Shown here: positions 42,691-57,203 of the stretch, piece after piece
Layout: each line of letters begins with the position of its first letter
How positions within the stretch are numbered: the first letter of the stretch is position 1
Assembly (NCBI GenBank): GCA_951406725.2
Contig: OX597831.1
Span: 10,416,001-10,480,000 of the forward strand
Length of the DNA: 64,000 nt
Reading direction: 5' to 3'
Source: Octopus vulgaris
Taxonomy: Eukaryota
Made by a program: the position numbers and the translations under genes
The notes under the pieces: model-generated
Told to the model about the DNA's origin: nothing
The model's database searches: none
What the model saw: the letters and a program-made list of their open reading frames with translations, nothing else

Positions 42691-43999
42691 ACAACTTGTA
42701 TGCGTAGATATGTATGAATGTATGTGTGTATATGTGTGTGCGTGCGTGTGGTGTGCGAGTGTGTGAGTATGTATTTGTACGCATGTATGACCTACAGAAT
42801 ATGAGATGTAGGACCTCGTAGTTATACGCTGCAGAAAGTGTTGTGTCGTGCAGATCGTTTCGACGTCTCATCTAAGAATTGATTAGCATTCTTTTACAAG
42901 ATTTATCGTATTGTACTAAAACTATATTGAGTCCCCGGTCATAGGTATTTCGCTGTCCTATCCGCCATGTAGCATAGTTCGCCTCCTTAGTCATTCTATC
43001 GAATCCCAATTATAGAACTTCTAATTTACATGAAATGACGAAGAAAAATAGAGTATATAAATAAAGATAGAAAGGGATGCAGTGAGTTATATACAAACAC
43101 GTACGCGCGCAAACACACACGCACACACATACATACACACAAATACACACATATGCAAGAAAGATTCGAACTGCGTCTTTAGGACATAATTTATTGAAAA
43201 GTCATGTACTTGTCCGAGCCTTTTGTAGAAGACATTTTCCTAAAATTAATCTCGTGAATGTTGGGAAGCAAGGAGTTAACAACATAACGGTTTACGCAGA
43301 TTTGTTCCTCACTAAAGATAATGTTCTTTCTTAACACCTGAAAAAAAAAAAAAGAATTCACAGGGAATGTCGATGTAGATAAAGCTATAAATAATGTGGT
43401 GTTAATGTTGGCTTAAAATCCCTTGAAAAAGTAGAACAGGGTCCTCAGTACTCAAACTCCCACCTTGTGTAAACATGGCAGAAAATCCAAATTATTGCTT
43501 TGGTCCAATGAAAGAACGTCTGTCATGTTTGCAGACAATTTGCGTTCTAGTCCCATTGACATCCTTCGACTTTTCTTTCGAAAGATGGAGTTTTTCACCC
43601 CTTGTTTACACGCTGTTATTTAAAACGAAATATTCCAAGTTTCTCGAATTTTGTAAATCCTTGTGACGTAAACATCAAAAGATATTTACAGATTTGCCGA
43701 TAGATGTCTATTGAAGAGGATCGTCTACCTGACTGTGATATATGATTTCTGTCATCTATTATTGATGTTAAGATGTCATTAAAATAGTAGAACAAAGATT
43801 CGTTTCAATTTTGAATTTCTTTGAACTGTTGATTGTTTTTGAGAGATTATTGCACTTTATGAACTCATGTATCATTAATCTCTCAGCTGTTCCAAATACT
43901 TTGATCGTTTCAGACTAAAATAAATTATCTCCGGGTTTGTAGATCAGAGATATTTAGTTATATTTTCTGATTACAGGGGTGCGCATAGAAATATATATA

Positions 44000-44416
44000 T
44001 ATTTCTTTATTGCCCACAGGGGGCTAAACACAGAGGGGACAAACAAGGACAGACAAAGGGGTTAACTCGGTTACATCGACCCCAGTGCGCAACTGGTACT
44101 TAATTTATCGACCCCAAAAGGATGAAAGGCAAAGTCGACCTCGGCGGAATTTGAAATCAGAACGTAACGGCAGCCGAAATACCTATTTCTTTACTACCCA
44201 CAAGGGGCTAAACACAGAGAGGAAAAACAAAGACAGACAAACGGATTAAGTCCATTATATCGACCCCAGTGCGTAAGTGGTACTTATTTAATCGACCCCG
44301 AAAGGATGAAAGGCAAAGTCGACCTCGGCGGAATTTGAACTCAGAACGTAACGGCAGCCGAAATGCTGCTAAGCATTTCGCCCGACGTGCTAACGTTTCT
44401 GCCAGCTTGCCGCCTT
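44000..44416 (-). mobile_element. SINE family B, dimeric form
   Basis: Two tandem bodies with junction gaaatacc|tatttcttt at ~44183. Head ctgccagcttgccgcc. Confidence 0.92.
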
Positions 44417-44874
44417 GCTGGAAATATTGATATATTTCAAGCTTTTCTTATGTATGTCTAGAAATCTTCTGCTGTTTCAACAATTAATTGTCACCGGGAC
44501 TTTAATTTTAGATGTTTCAAATTATAGTAGAAGAATCTGCATTTCAGTAGAATCCCCTAAAGTGATCCAAAAGAACATTGCGTAACAATTTATCTTAATA
44601 CATTACTTTTAGTAGGAAAATATCCCACGCCTTACATAAACTAATTTCTTTAACAGTTAGAAGCAAATGGCGTCAAATTAAATTTATCAACAGACAACAG
44701 ATATGTAAGGGACAACTAAATATCGTTAAGTGAATAGTTATAACTCTGACACGTACGGGTCTCTCTTGCTCACGTTCGCTCTTTTATTTATCCGTGTCTG
44801 TGCGTGCTTCTGTGTATATGTGTGTATATGTGTGCCTGGTTGAAATTTTATACATCAGAAACCATGCATCAAGA

Positions 44875-45030
44875 TTACAGAATGGTTAGTACGTCGGATA
44901 ACATGTTTAGCTGAATTTCGCCCGTCTCAAAGTCTTGAGTTCCAATCCACCGAGGTGGACTTTGCCTTTCATCCTTTCAGGGTCTGTGAGTTTAGTACCA
45001 GTTGAACATTGGGCTGATGTAATCAACTAA
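44875..45030 (+). mobile_element. SINE family B, degenerate
   Basis: cgaggtggactttgcctttcatcctttcagggtc...agtaccagtt. Confidence 0.7.
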
Positions 45031-45297
45031 AACTATGCAAAAGCAAAAAATTACAACTTGTGGCTGTCTTATTTATGAGAAACAGGTATGAATTAAAAAG
45101 CTCGTTTATTTGTATAGGGATCTGACTATGTAAATACACCCCTGACACCTAGTTTTCCTTCTCTATCATTTCTCTTTTGTATGGATGACTTCTTTCATCA
45201 GAGTTACCTGTCCATTATGAAGAAGATGGAGTTCAAGTTTCGGATCTGTATTCTACCACGTGATTTAATACATTCTAAATAGATCCATCCATCCATC

Positions 45298-45341
<44 letters not shown>

Positions 45342-45348
45342 TAGATAT

Positions 45349-45742
45349 ATGTGGCTGTGTGATAAGTAGCTTGCTAACCAACCACATGTTTTCTGGTTCA
45401 CTCCCACAGCGTGGCATCTTGGGCAAGTGTCTTCTGCTATAGCCCCGGGCCGACCAATGCCTTGTGAGTGGATTTGGTAGACGGAAACTGAAAGAAGCCC
45501 GTCGTATATATGTATATATATATGTATGTGTGTGTGTGTGTGTTTGTCCCTCTAGCATTGCTTGACAACCGATGCTGGTGTGTTTACGTCCCCGTCACTT
45601 AGCAGTTCGGCAAAAGAGACCGATAGAATAAGTACTGGGCTTACAAAGAATAAGTCCCGGGGTCGATAATGCTCGACTAAAGGCGGTGCTCCAGCATGGC
45701 CACAGTCAAATGACTGAAGGAAGTAAAAGAGTAAAAGAGAAA
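45349..45742 (+). mobile_element. SINE family A, near full length
   Basis: tRNA-like head gtggctgtgtgataagtagcttgc...ggttcactcccac, CORE-like ggcatcttgggcaagtgtctt, internal (TA)n(TG)n, LINE-like tail ggcggtgctccagcatggccacagtcaaatgactg, then gtaaaaga repeats. Confidence 0.93.
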
Positions 45743-46597
45743 ATATATATATATATATATACACACAAATACATTGTGATATATGAAATACCTTAAGTGT
45801 TATTTATAGCATTGCTATTTTCCCATACCTCGTTCGAATAATTTATTTTGTTAAGGTGTAGACGAATATTTTCATTGTTCAAATATAAATCAGAGAACGA
45901 ACATTTTAATTTCATTACTGTCTAGTACACTGAATTTGCATTGATAAAACTTTTCTTTTCCTCCTTCATAAACGTTATCTTCAATTATAGAACAGACGTT
46001 GAAATGGTGTGTTCTATAATGTCTCAATTTTGTCTTTATCATATCTAGAACTAAGATTCTAATCCTCATATTTCACTGGCACATATATTAGTTAATATCT
46101 AATTACGACTAGATTATTAGTAAATTCATTTATTTCAAAATTTGATATGAACTATAACTATATTATAAAAGAAAATACTAGAGACCAATCGGTGACACTG
46201 ATATGAACGGCTACAGCAAAATCGATATTGGTTTCATCAGAGTACTTTACTTAATCTACAGGTGTAGATTAGAATTATTATACTTTATAGAAGAGACCCC
46301 ATCATCCAAAAGTCGTTGGTAGGAGACACGTCTTGGCTGCATTGAACGCATAAATCTACATAATTACACCAGACACTCAAAAATAGATGAGAACGTCTTA
46401 GTGCTTTTAATATGCGCTTAAGAATTCAGTCTTGTTACCTCTCAGTAATATTAGAATGTCATCTCGTTTCACTTCCCGTGACCCTTTCATACCGTCGAAC
46501 ATGTTAATGTTTCATATTTTTCGTTCTCTCACAAGTAATAACTTATTGATTTATCTACCGAATAGACTGAATGTTCGAATTCTGTTAACGTTTAGTA

Positions 46598-47013
46598 TTA
46601 CTCTTTTACTCTTTTACTCTTCTACTTGTTTCAGTCGTTTGACAGCGGCCATGCTGGAGCACCGCCTTTAATCGAGCAACTCGACCCCGGGACTTATTAT
46701 TTTGTAAGCCCAGTACTTATTTTATCGGTCTCTTTTACCGAGCCGCTAAGTAACAGGGACATAAACACACCAGCATCGGTTGTCAAGCAATGTTAGGGGG
46801 ACAAATACAGACACACAAACACACACACGCATATATATATATACATATATACGACGGGCTTCTTTCAGTTTCCGTCTACCAAATCCGCTCACAAGGCTTT
46901 GGTCGGCCCGAGGCTATAGTAGAAGACACTTGCCCAAGGTGCCACGCAGTGGGACTGAACCCGGAACCATGTGGTTGGTAAACAAGCTACTTACTACACA
47001 GCCACTCCTGTGC
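46598..47013 (-). mobile_element. SINE family A, full length
   Basis: Reverse complement of the copy at 45349-45742, including head cacagccactcctgtgcc. Confidence 0.93.
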
Positions 47014-48001
47014 CTATTCTGGACGGAAATTTCAAAAAAGTTTCTTTTTTCCTCCTGTCATTTGTCTTACTTCGTTTTCTTATTTACTTTGCAAGATCTT
47101 GATGTGAGTTCATATGCTGAAACAAATTGTGTTGTGTCTTTGTAGAGTCATTATTCCTATATTAATAACAGCCCCTGAAAATGACGAAGAACAACAAAAG
47201 AACTATGACGGACAAATAAACAACCGATTGATATTTTAACCAACATGTTGAACGAATGATCGATTAGCTAACTGGTTAGATATTTATCCAGTTGTCTAAT
47301 AATGAAGAAGTGGAAATAAACCAGTGAGTGTGTTTTTATTTTTGATGTAATGACTCCCTGAAGACAAAACCAAATATGTCTCAATTTTCAATGTGAAATC
47401 CAAATCAGTCAGATATTACGTACTGCCGTTTCCCTTTTCCGTCACCTACGTTTCGTTAGTACCATACGTATCTCAACATCATGGACAATTATACATATAT
47501 GTGTGTTTAAGGTTATTGTAACAATTATATCTTCAAATAAGTTATCAACATATATGCAAATTAAATGTGGTGAGATTCTGCAATCGGCCGGATATCCTTC
47601 ATGTTTTTGGTTTTCATATCTAATTTTAAATCCCGTTGTAGCCATTCTTCCAGTGTTAATAAATAAATTAGCACTACTAGGTTTGAGTCTTTAAATCTTT
47701 GTTACATTTTTTTCTCTGGCTAGCAGCATTGATTTTCCTCTGGAAATGAATTGAGTTTGGAATTATTTAAAACGTCCAAGAACGTCAACATGTTCCACAC
47801 TGATGATCTAATGATTCTGTGAGGAATGAGATGACCAAAAAGGGAAAATAAACATAGATATGCAGGAAAACTAAAATTAAAAAGAAAAGTTATCATAAAA
47901 AATGTCGTTTACGAAATTGAATTGTATTCAGTTTGTTCTATTCACTGAGCGCTAACATATTGTTCTGTATAGAGAATTCACTCCCTCTTATTATCTTCCC
48001 C

Positions 48002-48093
<92 letters not shown>

Positions 48094-48096
<3 letters not shown>

Positions 48097-48361
48097 ATTG
48101 AGGATATAATCATTGACATTATTATATCAGTGGCCAGCGAATAAAAACCGACCATATCAGTAGAGTTAATTTTTTAAGTATATAATTATAAAAATATAAT
48201 TATAATTAAGGCCCCTGGAATGCCAACGGCTATACACTAGAAATCGATGTCAACTACTTACAATCTACTCCAAATTTGTTCTCTATTTATAGGCGCTGGC
48301 ATGCCAGCGTCCTTAGTTACAAATTGCACGTATATAATTATATTTTTATAATTAAATACTT
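48094..48361. repeat. Fold-back element with unique left tail, between (TA)n tracts
   Basis: Arms ~48176-48234 and ~48288-48361 (taaggcccctggaatgccaacggctata / tataggcgctggcatgccagcgtcctta). Confidence 0.75.
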
Positions 48362-48466
48362 TATGAATATATATACACACATATATATATAAATATATAT
48401 GTGCCTATATATCCATGTATATCTATCTATCTAACTAACTATATATACATATATATATATATATAT

Positions 48467-48545
<79 letters not shown>

Positions 48546-48556
48546 TAGAGCGATAG

Positions 48557-48591
<35 letters not shown>

Positions 48592-49481
48592 TCGATAGCT
48601 AGATATATAGATATATAATTAGGTAGACTGAGAGATTGATCGATATTTAGATAAATCGATAGATAAATAGATATTATCAATATTCCAGTGAATTAGTAAT
48701 ACCGACAGAATTCTTTACGTGCTTCTTGAAATTGTAAGTAGGTTCACTTATAATTAGACACAATATGACAGTAAAATGGAAAAGGCTGGTAAATACCAGC
48801 GTAATACAGAGACGTACCCGATAGGTTGTGTAAAATCATTTCAGAAGCTAGTCCTAAATTCGTTACTGTAATGCAGAGAGCGCTTTGATTGTATTTTACT
48901 ATTTGCCACAAACATCTGAGGAATCGCTGACAATGATATATTATGTCATAAATTTGGTATTTCGAAAATATAAGTTATTTATAATAGTCGATTATTTCTG
49001 ACCTGACGCAGTTTATGCAAAGTGTTCGAAATGACTTTTGAATCACGCAGGTCACCATTACTATTAATTTTACTGGTGAGCATATTTCACTTGTCTCTGT
49101 ATGTATAGGGAAAGATATATGTATATAATGTCTGTATATATATACTGCAAACAATAAATATTAAACTTACTTGATTATTATGAGACTTCTGTATAGTATT
49201 ATCAGAAACTTGTAAAAGTTTCTCGACTAATGATTGTGTGCGTGCCTCCGTTTTTACATTTTATTTCACTACTTTTTTGAAATACCATTTCAATGTTACC
49301 ATCTGCAAAATATATATACTTAATTCTGTCTTCCTCTCCCTCTACGTATACAAAGATATATATATATATATATATACATAAAGGGAGAGAGATAGGGAGA
49401 TAGATAGATATACATATACATATATAAATTCTTATATATATATATATATATATATACATATACTCATCTGTATATATTTAA

Positions 49482-49538
<57 letters not shown>

Positions 49539-49558
49539 TATATAATATATATATATAT

Positions 49559-49596
<38 letters not shown>

Positions 49597-52377
49597 CATA
49601 CATACATACATACATACATAACTATATATATATGTATACATATGAGACAGGTTGTTATAACTATAGTTATTATCTGACTTTTATGTGTACACATAAATAT
49701 ATGTGTATTTACATATATATAATATATATTTAGATATTGAAAGCGACGTCATATTTCACAATTATCGTTATATGCCAGCTATATTATTTTGCAATTGTCA
49801 AGAAACATTCAGGACTGGACAAGAAAAATGGTTCATCGGTAAAGGAGATATATCATTTGAAAATAATACTATCCTGCACATCATTCACTCACATTCAAAT
49901 GCTATTCTCAGTGTTGTAGTTATGCTGAACCAAAATTATTACGTGGGAAATATATCTTTTTACAAAAGACAGAGTTGCATTTTCATATGATATATTATGT
50001 ACCAGCTATTTCTCTTGGCTTGCAAATTTACTTATATATATATATTATTTTCCCTTTAGCTGTTTTCTTTCTGTGAATAAATATCTGCCATGACAATAAC
50101 TGGCTAGCAGTAGACAGCATAAAGTAGTTGATATTCTCTCCTTCTGAATTATTTCATTTCTTTAGTGACAATAACTTTCTGTATTTATGAATTTATGAGG
50201 TAGTTATAAAGTTTCAACTTGTCAACTCGGGATTTCATCATTAGCAACTTACAAATAATTTTACACGCACACATACTCGTGTGTGTGTGTGTGGGAGTAT
50301 GTGTGTATATGTATGTGTTCTTGTTTGTACCTATGTGTATGCGTGTATGTTTGATTCAATGTATGGACATTAGAGTTGATGTGCTTCACTAAGGCAGCAA
50401 CACAGTTGTTTAAATTCATGCATTTCCGATTCCACATAGAGGTGTAATATATACTATGATTCAAATCTGGTTTCTGTAATGCCTCAATACATCTAATTCT
50501 CTAAACACCTGAGTTTGCATAGTTATATGAAACATAACTGCAACATGTTATGAGAGAGATTAACCTGCTTTAAACGGCGGTCGTTTTTCTGACGATAATC
50601 TGTAGAATACTTTAAGAATCTCAGGATTATCCTCTGGCCCAAAAATCTCCACCGACTATTTTAATACAGAATTGTTTTTTCCAATATTTTTCAAGTTCTT
50701 AAATGTATAATTATTCGACAATTACAAGCTATTCTCACTATTCTAAATAATTCATAATGCCTATAAATAACCCAGACGTCTCACTAGTCTAGGTCGAAGA
50801 GATCTACTTGTATTTACCGGTGACGCATTGCCTTGAATATAACTCACGACTGACAGACACAGCTCTCTGTTTCTCACTCCACATTAAGTAAACAATATTA
50901 TGCATATACAAATAATTACAGTTTCCATTTATTGTATTAGAATGCAATATAAAATATAATTACTTCATATACACTTTTTTGTGTATTGCATCATTTGCAG
51001 TTCTATTTACTTGAATTATGCCAGATATTTTTTAAAAGTTAATATTTTTATTTAATATTTTTCTTTCTATATTTTATTATCTTGTTTAATTTGCAAACAC
51101 AGAAATTATTAGCTGTTAGGAAAATTACTTTTTCTATATTCAGAGCAGTCCGTTGTATCGTAGGAGAAACATATATATATTGCCAGTATTTAGTTATTAT
51201 TTTAAATTCTACAATATAATTTAATAAATATAATTTATTAGAATATGAGAGAGAATTGTTCTTGGTATTACTGTTTAATTAGCTTTTTAGACATATTTCC
51301 GCAAGATAACTAGATTGCAGCAACATGTCATTTTGTAAGTGGATGATACCAACCGCTCTCACGCACATTCTAATCGTTCATGTCAGAAATTTAAAGAATA
51401 AACGGAATAAAAAAATTCCAATTTAAATTAGTATATGTACTTTAGAATCCGACGTTATTCTCTACAGAAATTGTACAATATGACAGATAGTAGCTACGAG
51501 TATTGATCGAATAGATATATAACTCAACCGTCGCAGGTACAGATTCCAGAATAAGTGAGGAGAGTAGAAATATATCTGTTCTCTATATTAAGTGTAACTC
51601 GGACTCCGTTGGTTAAGATGTTACGTTGTGCATTAAGAGAGTTTCTAAGTGATGTTATTTCGGATGGGTTGATCAAGCAAGGATTTCAAATTGTTTGTTG
51701 CTTTAAATCTGTCTGTTACCATGACAACTGTATCCGGATGGTAATCCAGCCAAGTATGAGTGGCGTGGAAGGTAGTTCTGCAACTAAAGTGAAAACAATT
51801 CACGTTTTGCATTTATCATTTGCAGTCATGCCTATAGAGTTATAAAATATGCATGGAAAAACATTGCTTCGTGCTCAGTCCCAATGTGCATCAGTTGAGT
51901 AAAATGTTTTCTACTGTTTCCCTGCGATGACCAATTGCTTGTAATTGAAACTTGAAGCGGAAACTGTGTAAAAGTTTATCGAATTACGAAAATATCTTCA
52001 AGTACAACTAACACTATAACATTGCATTGCTGTTATAGCCTCCATTAACAATAAAAAGCTAGACACTTTCTACGAAACTAGGAAGAATAATAAGAATAAC
52101 CACAACAACCAAACGATTGATATAAGTGATTCCCGAAATAAAAATACTGACAACCACCTTATAAATGATAATCGCCCCGCCATATTATAACAAGATTATC
52201 ATTAAAAACGTTTCTTCTGGCTTTCAAATTCATCACTGCAATGACATGCGTTGTACATTGTCAATTACACCATCTATAATCTACAAAATGGGTATATATA
52301 AGTTTGTTATATATTTTTGATTTAGTGTTACCGTGAAGTTTCTATTTACAAATCATGTACAGTAAAAATGAATGAAT

Positions 52378-52425
<48 letters not shown>

Positions 52426-52620
52426 GCTCTAATATCTAACACCCCTTGTTTTTTTCTTTATCTTATTACGCAAAAAGATTTTATATACACACGTTGACAT
52501 AGAACCAACGTTGAACCCCTTTATTCGCAATATTTCCGAATCTGGAACTTAACTCTGGTCTGTCCACAGCACTTATTCAGCATTACCTGACACCTTTGGG
52601 TCCCAATGACACCATTATCT

Positions 52621-52675
<55 letters not shown>

Positions 52676-53480
52676 ATTCACATTAAATTGGAAATTACTA
52701 TTTAGAGTGAACCCTTGCGTGGGAATATACCCTCAGATATCTTACATAAAACGCAAGTTGTTAAGTTTAAGCAGAATAGAAATTTCGTTTTTCATCGATC
52801 GTGAGTAGCGAATACTGAAAAAGTTTACTTTTCAATTTAATATTAGTTTCAGGAATGTAAAACCAATGATAATAGTTAATAAATAACGTAACATTTTTGC
52901 AAGTGATCCTCCTACGACTGATGGTGAAGATGATGGTGACAAACATCAGGATGATATTGCAGGTGGTGCCCAGCTTTCATGATTAAAGCAGCGACAAAGG
53001 AACTACGATTATTACTTACTGCATAAAAAAAAAATCAATAACTAGTCATTGATGGTCTCTCATTGTTGCTTGTAAAACCCACATTTGGTGCGATATCACA
53101 TCATTGCTGTTTCATTTGCTTTCTCATATTCCAACAAAAAGTAAATATTCAATATACTTCAATATGAACCCAGAACATAGTCTACGACTATAACAGTGGT
53201 TCCAGTTTACCAAATATTCGCCCATTAATTTTCTAGCCATAGTGCTTTATTAAAATCGAAAAGTTAGACAGGAAAGAAGGAATACATTGTGTTGTATTCA
53301 AAAGTTAAAAACTTAAAGTTATTGTATGAAGCTGTCGAAACAAATATATCATATTACATTGTCACCAGTCGCATTGTGTTTTATAAAAGCTCCAATTCAT
53401 TATAGACGGGAAAATAAATTTCAGATAAATATCCAGACACATATACACGGACATTTTCCTATATCTGTATAACTCTTTAC

Positions 53481-53557
<77 letters not shown>

Positions 53558-53660
53558 CATCTATCTATCTATCTATCTGTCTGTCTATCTATCTATCTAT
53601 CTATCAATATATCTATCTATCTATCTATCTATATTTCTATCTATCTATCTACCTATCTAT

Positions 53661-53803
53661 CTGTTTCTCTCCTTGTTTCTTTCTATGGAAGAACGTAGGT
53701 TCGAAACGTTAAAGACTTTTTCAATTCCTGAGCCTTATACTAATACATCTGTTTGTTTTCTACACCACCTGTCTTCGTCTTTTCTTTTTTCGTGAATTCT
53801 CCC
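53661..53803 (+). mobile_element. Short repeat with hammerhead-like motif, in a (CTAT)n tract
   Basis: tcttt CTATGGA a gaac-gtag-gttc GAAAC GTT aaaga. Homologous to 40628-40830. Confidence 0.6.
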
Positions 53804-53819
53804 TATCTATCTATCTGAA

Positions 53820-54165
53820 ATAATACATCCGCCTTAGCGTGTTTGTTTGTTTGTTATCCAAGAAGATATCTCAAAATTAGCTAGATGGATTCGAATGAAA
53901 CTTTCAGAGATATTTGGCCTCGTGTCTAGCACGAAATGATTAGATTTTAGGATCAATCCGATACCGGGAAAGGATTCTGGATTATTTCTGCTGATTTTTA
54001 CTTAATTTTTCAAAGCAGTCGTTTTCATTTTTAGTATTCTCGTTTGTGAGAGAAGTCGAGTTTATTTCACATATTCTCATTTTAGAAATCATCTTCGCCT
54101 AATCGTTGAGAGGATTATGGTGTTGCCTTGGCGGGGGTTTACGCTCTCTGAGTGCTCTTGTTTAA
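53820..54165 (+). mobile_element. Helentron-associated non-autonomous element (HINE / DINE-1-like)
   Basis: 5' subterminal acatccgcc, (GTTT)n, and a central gatggattcgaatgaaacttt. 3' subterminal inverse ccttggcgggggt followed by hairpin acgctc-tct-gagtgc and a T-rich end. Confidence 0.7.
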
Positions 54166-55605
54166 GTATGTTTAGATACCTGTTTACATCTACATCGTTT
54201 TACCAATCCTCGTATTTTTAAGGCAAGTAATGTTAATTTGAACGGGCTTTGGTGGTTATTCCTAAATATTTCTAAGTAATTGAATGCATGTGTAAAGTTC
54301 TCACGTACGTATTCTTAACATGTATGTATGCATCTCTTATATTCTTAAACACGGCCTCAACCATTGCTAAGTTAAAAATTTATGGATTATTGCTTTTAAG
54401 AATAAAGTGGTAATATTCTAGCTCATTTGTTTAGCGCTGGAAATATTACCTAATTAACCCCCAAAACGTGTAACTTCAATAAGAACTTGATGTCATAGAA
54501 TTCTAAATTTAACACAAAATGCTTATTTTACAAGTTTTTCTTTTTCTGCAGGAAATTATTTGAGATGTCGGTCTTTATAGGCATGACTGTTGTTTGTTCT
54601 GTTAAATACTAAAATCCCTGTTCAGTTGAAATTGGCATCTTCCTGATAATCCTGAATTAAACTAGGGACAACTACATTAACTTTTCTATTAATTGCACCG
54701 AGTCTGTCAATATTGCAATGTCGATCTTGTACAGCTCTCCCTCAGGGAATATTTTATATTATTCGTCTCAATATTTTACCATTTATCATATTCTCTAACA
54801 ATCAAGATAACGGGCAGTTAACTTTTCGAAAAATAAAATGTTCCTATTTGTCTACCATTCTTTATCTGATAAATATTTGACGTCACAGTATCAAGAGGGA
54901 AATTATAAAGAAAAATGGATATTACTTTCTCACAGACCTAATCAAGTGGAATCTTTTAAGTAAATATATTAATAATATATTTCATATTTGACAGTGTTGC
55001 CAGTTTTGTGTGTTTGTTTGTTTGTAATTTTTTATGTTATTTTTTTATGGTGTTGTTATTGGTATTGCCGATTTCGTGGCTGCTGCTGCTGTTTTTGTTT
55101 CCGTTCTTGCTGTGCCTAACAAACATGACTACGTCAAATGACAATCGATCCTTTGTTAATCATGTCAGACATCCGAAGGTCACGAGAGGGGTTTAATGGG
55201 ATTCATGGGAAACTAATTCCATAAAAAGTCGTTCAATTCAGTGGTACAAACCGAACACTACTAATTAAATACGGTGTGTGTTGTGAAATAAAGAAATAAG
55301 CAACTGAAAACATGAGGAGTTGGTATTTATGAATAGATCAAAATTCCTTTTCGTTGACTTTCTAAACTATGTTTAATAAAGTAAAACCCTAATTCCCATC
55401 TGTCTTTTACTGTAGACAAGATGTGCAAACAGCAAATTCCGGTTTGCTGAGGTTGATAGGCACAAACAAAGATATCATGTAATCAACCTGTATCCACGCA
55501 TGTTCACAACAAGCGTCTCTATGAAACAAAGGTTTATATTAAACCGAACAACATATTGAGTACGTTATTGCATTCATTTTCTGTGGAAACATCTGTTTGC
55601 ATTGG

Positions 55606-55834
55606 GAACTCCACTACAATTAATACAAAAATTTTGACACAAGGCCAGTAATTTGGAGGGAAGGTGCAGTCCATTATATTGACTCCAGTACTTGACTGAC
55701 ACTTATTTTATCGACCGCGAAGGGATGAATTGCGAAATCGACCTCGGTGACATGCAAACACAGAGCGTAAAGATGGACGAAATGCCGCTAAGCATTTACC
55801 CTGTGGGGTAACGATTCGACCAGCTCACCGCCTT
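55606..55834 (-). mobile_element. SINE family B, degenerate
   Basis: ttttatcgaccgcgaagggatgaa...cgacctcgg...gacgaaatgccgctaagcattt...ccagctcaccgcc. Confidence 0.8.
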
Positions 55835-56211
55835 ACTAGACGTAATATTGATAACTTAATATCAATTAGTAATATACACCTGCTTATAGTAAGTTTAGTA
55901 CAGCGTAAATTGATGATATTGACAAAATCGTCAATGATTTGCATAAAGTCTTTTAAGGTTTTTGTTTTGATTCCCTGAACACTGCCCTTAACTCACTACC
56001 GAGATCATATTTCCCGGTCATTCACTGCCATTCCGCTTCCGGAAGAAATCAATTGTGCTTAAGACTGGAAAGAGTGTAACCCCACCAGATTAAAAGGGTT
56101 AAAATACGCTGTAAGAGCCATCAGCGCTCACCAGCTCCAAAGTGAGTTGCAAGCCTAACAATGAATAAAAGGCGCAATAATATTCCTGACATGGGTTGGA
56201 TACGCTTTAAC

Positions 56212-56295
56212 ACAGCTGCTTTAGTACAGCCTCTTTGCAACAGCCGCTCTGGCAAAGTCGCTTTGGCATAGCCATTTTGGTACAGCTGCTTTGGC
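56212..56295 (+). repeat. 14-bp minisatellite, 6 units, consensus acagcygctttggc
   Basis: Units start at 56212, 56226, 56240, 56254, 56268 and 56282. Confidence 0.85.
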
Positions 56296-56412
56296 ATCAT
56301 TGATTCCGAACTGACTTATTGGACCACAGTCGTTCTAACGATTCTTTCATTATTTCTTGCTCTCTCTCTCACTCTCTCTGAAACTCCCTCTTCTCTCTTT
56401 CTCTCAAACTCC

Positions 56413-56480
<68 letters not shown>

Positions 56481-56679
56481 GTCAGCATCTAGTAACTTTC
56501 CTATGCATGTATAATGAATTTTATTTCTTTTGCCTCTGTCTCTTGGTCTCTCTCCCTTTTTTCTCTCCCTCTCTCTCTCTCTCACTATGGATGTGAGCAT
56601 CTATTCATGCTTGTATATATGTGTAATATTTCTGAAACTATTTTCCAGTGTATGCATATGCTGCGGTGCGCGTGCGCGC

Positions 56680-56717
<38 letters not shown>

Positions 56718-56988
56718 CAGAATGGGCTCGTGTGTGTGTATCTAAATACGTTTGTTTGCCACCAGCGTACCAACCGTGTAGAATATCTACTCAGCTGTTC
56801 CAAATGTTCAGCTTCTAAACAGCTCGGACCACTCGACTCATTTCGCTTTGACATTCACACATTGAATTGTTAGTGGCGATATCCGGTCTGTTCCGTTTTC
56901 AAATAGCAATTCGACATCATATTCTGTCAGACTTCACTTCATAAATGTATTTCAAATAGCGATACTTTTCTCGATTTTCTATTTGACT

Positions 56989-57152
56989 ATATATATTTTC
57001 TTTCCTCCACCTCACTCTCTATTTATATCATATCGAAATGTGATGAAGGGATATTATTATTAATTAATATCCTAGAAACAGCTGTAAGACCTTCTATCTA
57101 TAAATGCTCTAATATCTATACAGCCTTGGTTTTTTTCATCACATTACGCCAA

Positions 57153-57203
<51 letters not shown>

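Noticed and set aside
43465-43613. Possible minus-strand exon (CKQGVKNSIFRKKSRRMSMGLERKLSANMTDVLSLDQSNNLDFLPCLHK)
   Set aside because: AG/GT boundaries are plausible, but there is no recognisable homology or partner exons. RNA-seq or tblastn would be needed.
45208-45275. Possible short minus-strand exon ending CAG|gtaact
   Set aside because: Weak acceptor and no homology. Chance level.
45349-45415. tRNA-like sequence
   Set aside because: It is a SINE head that continues into the SINE body, not a tRNA gene.
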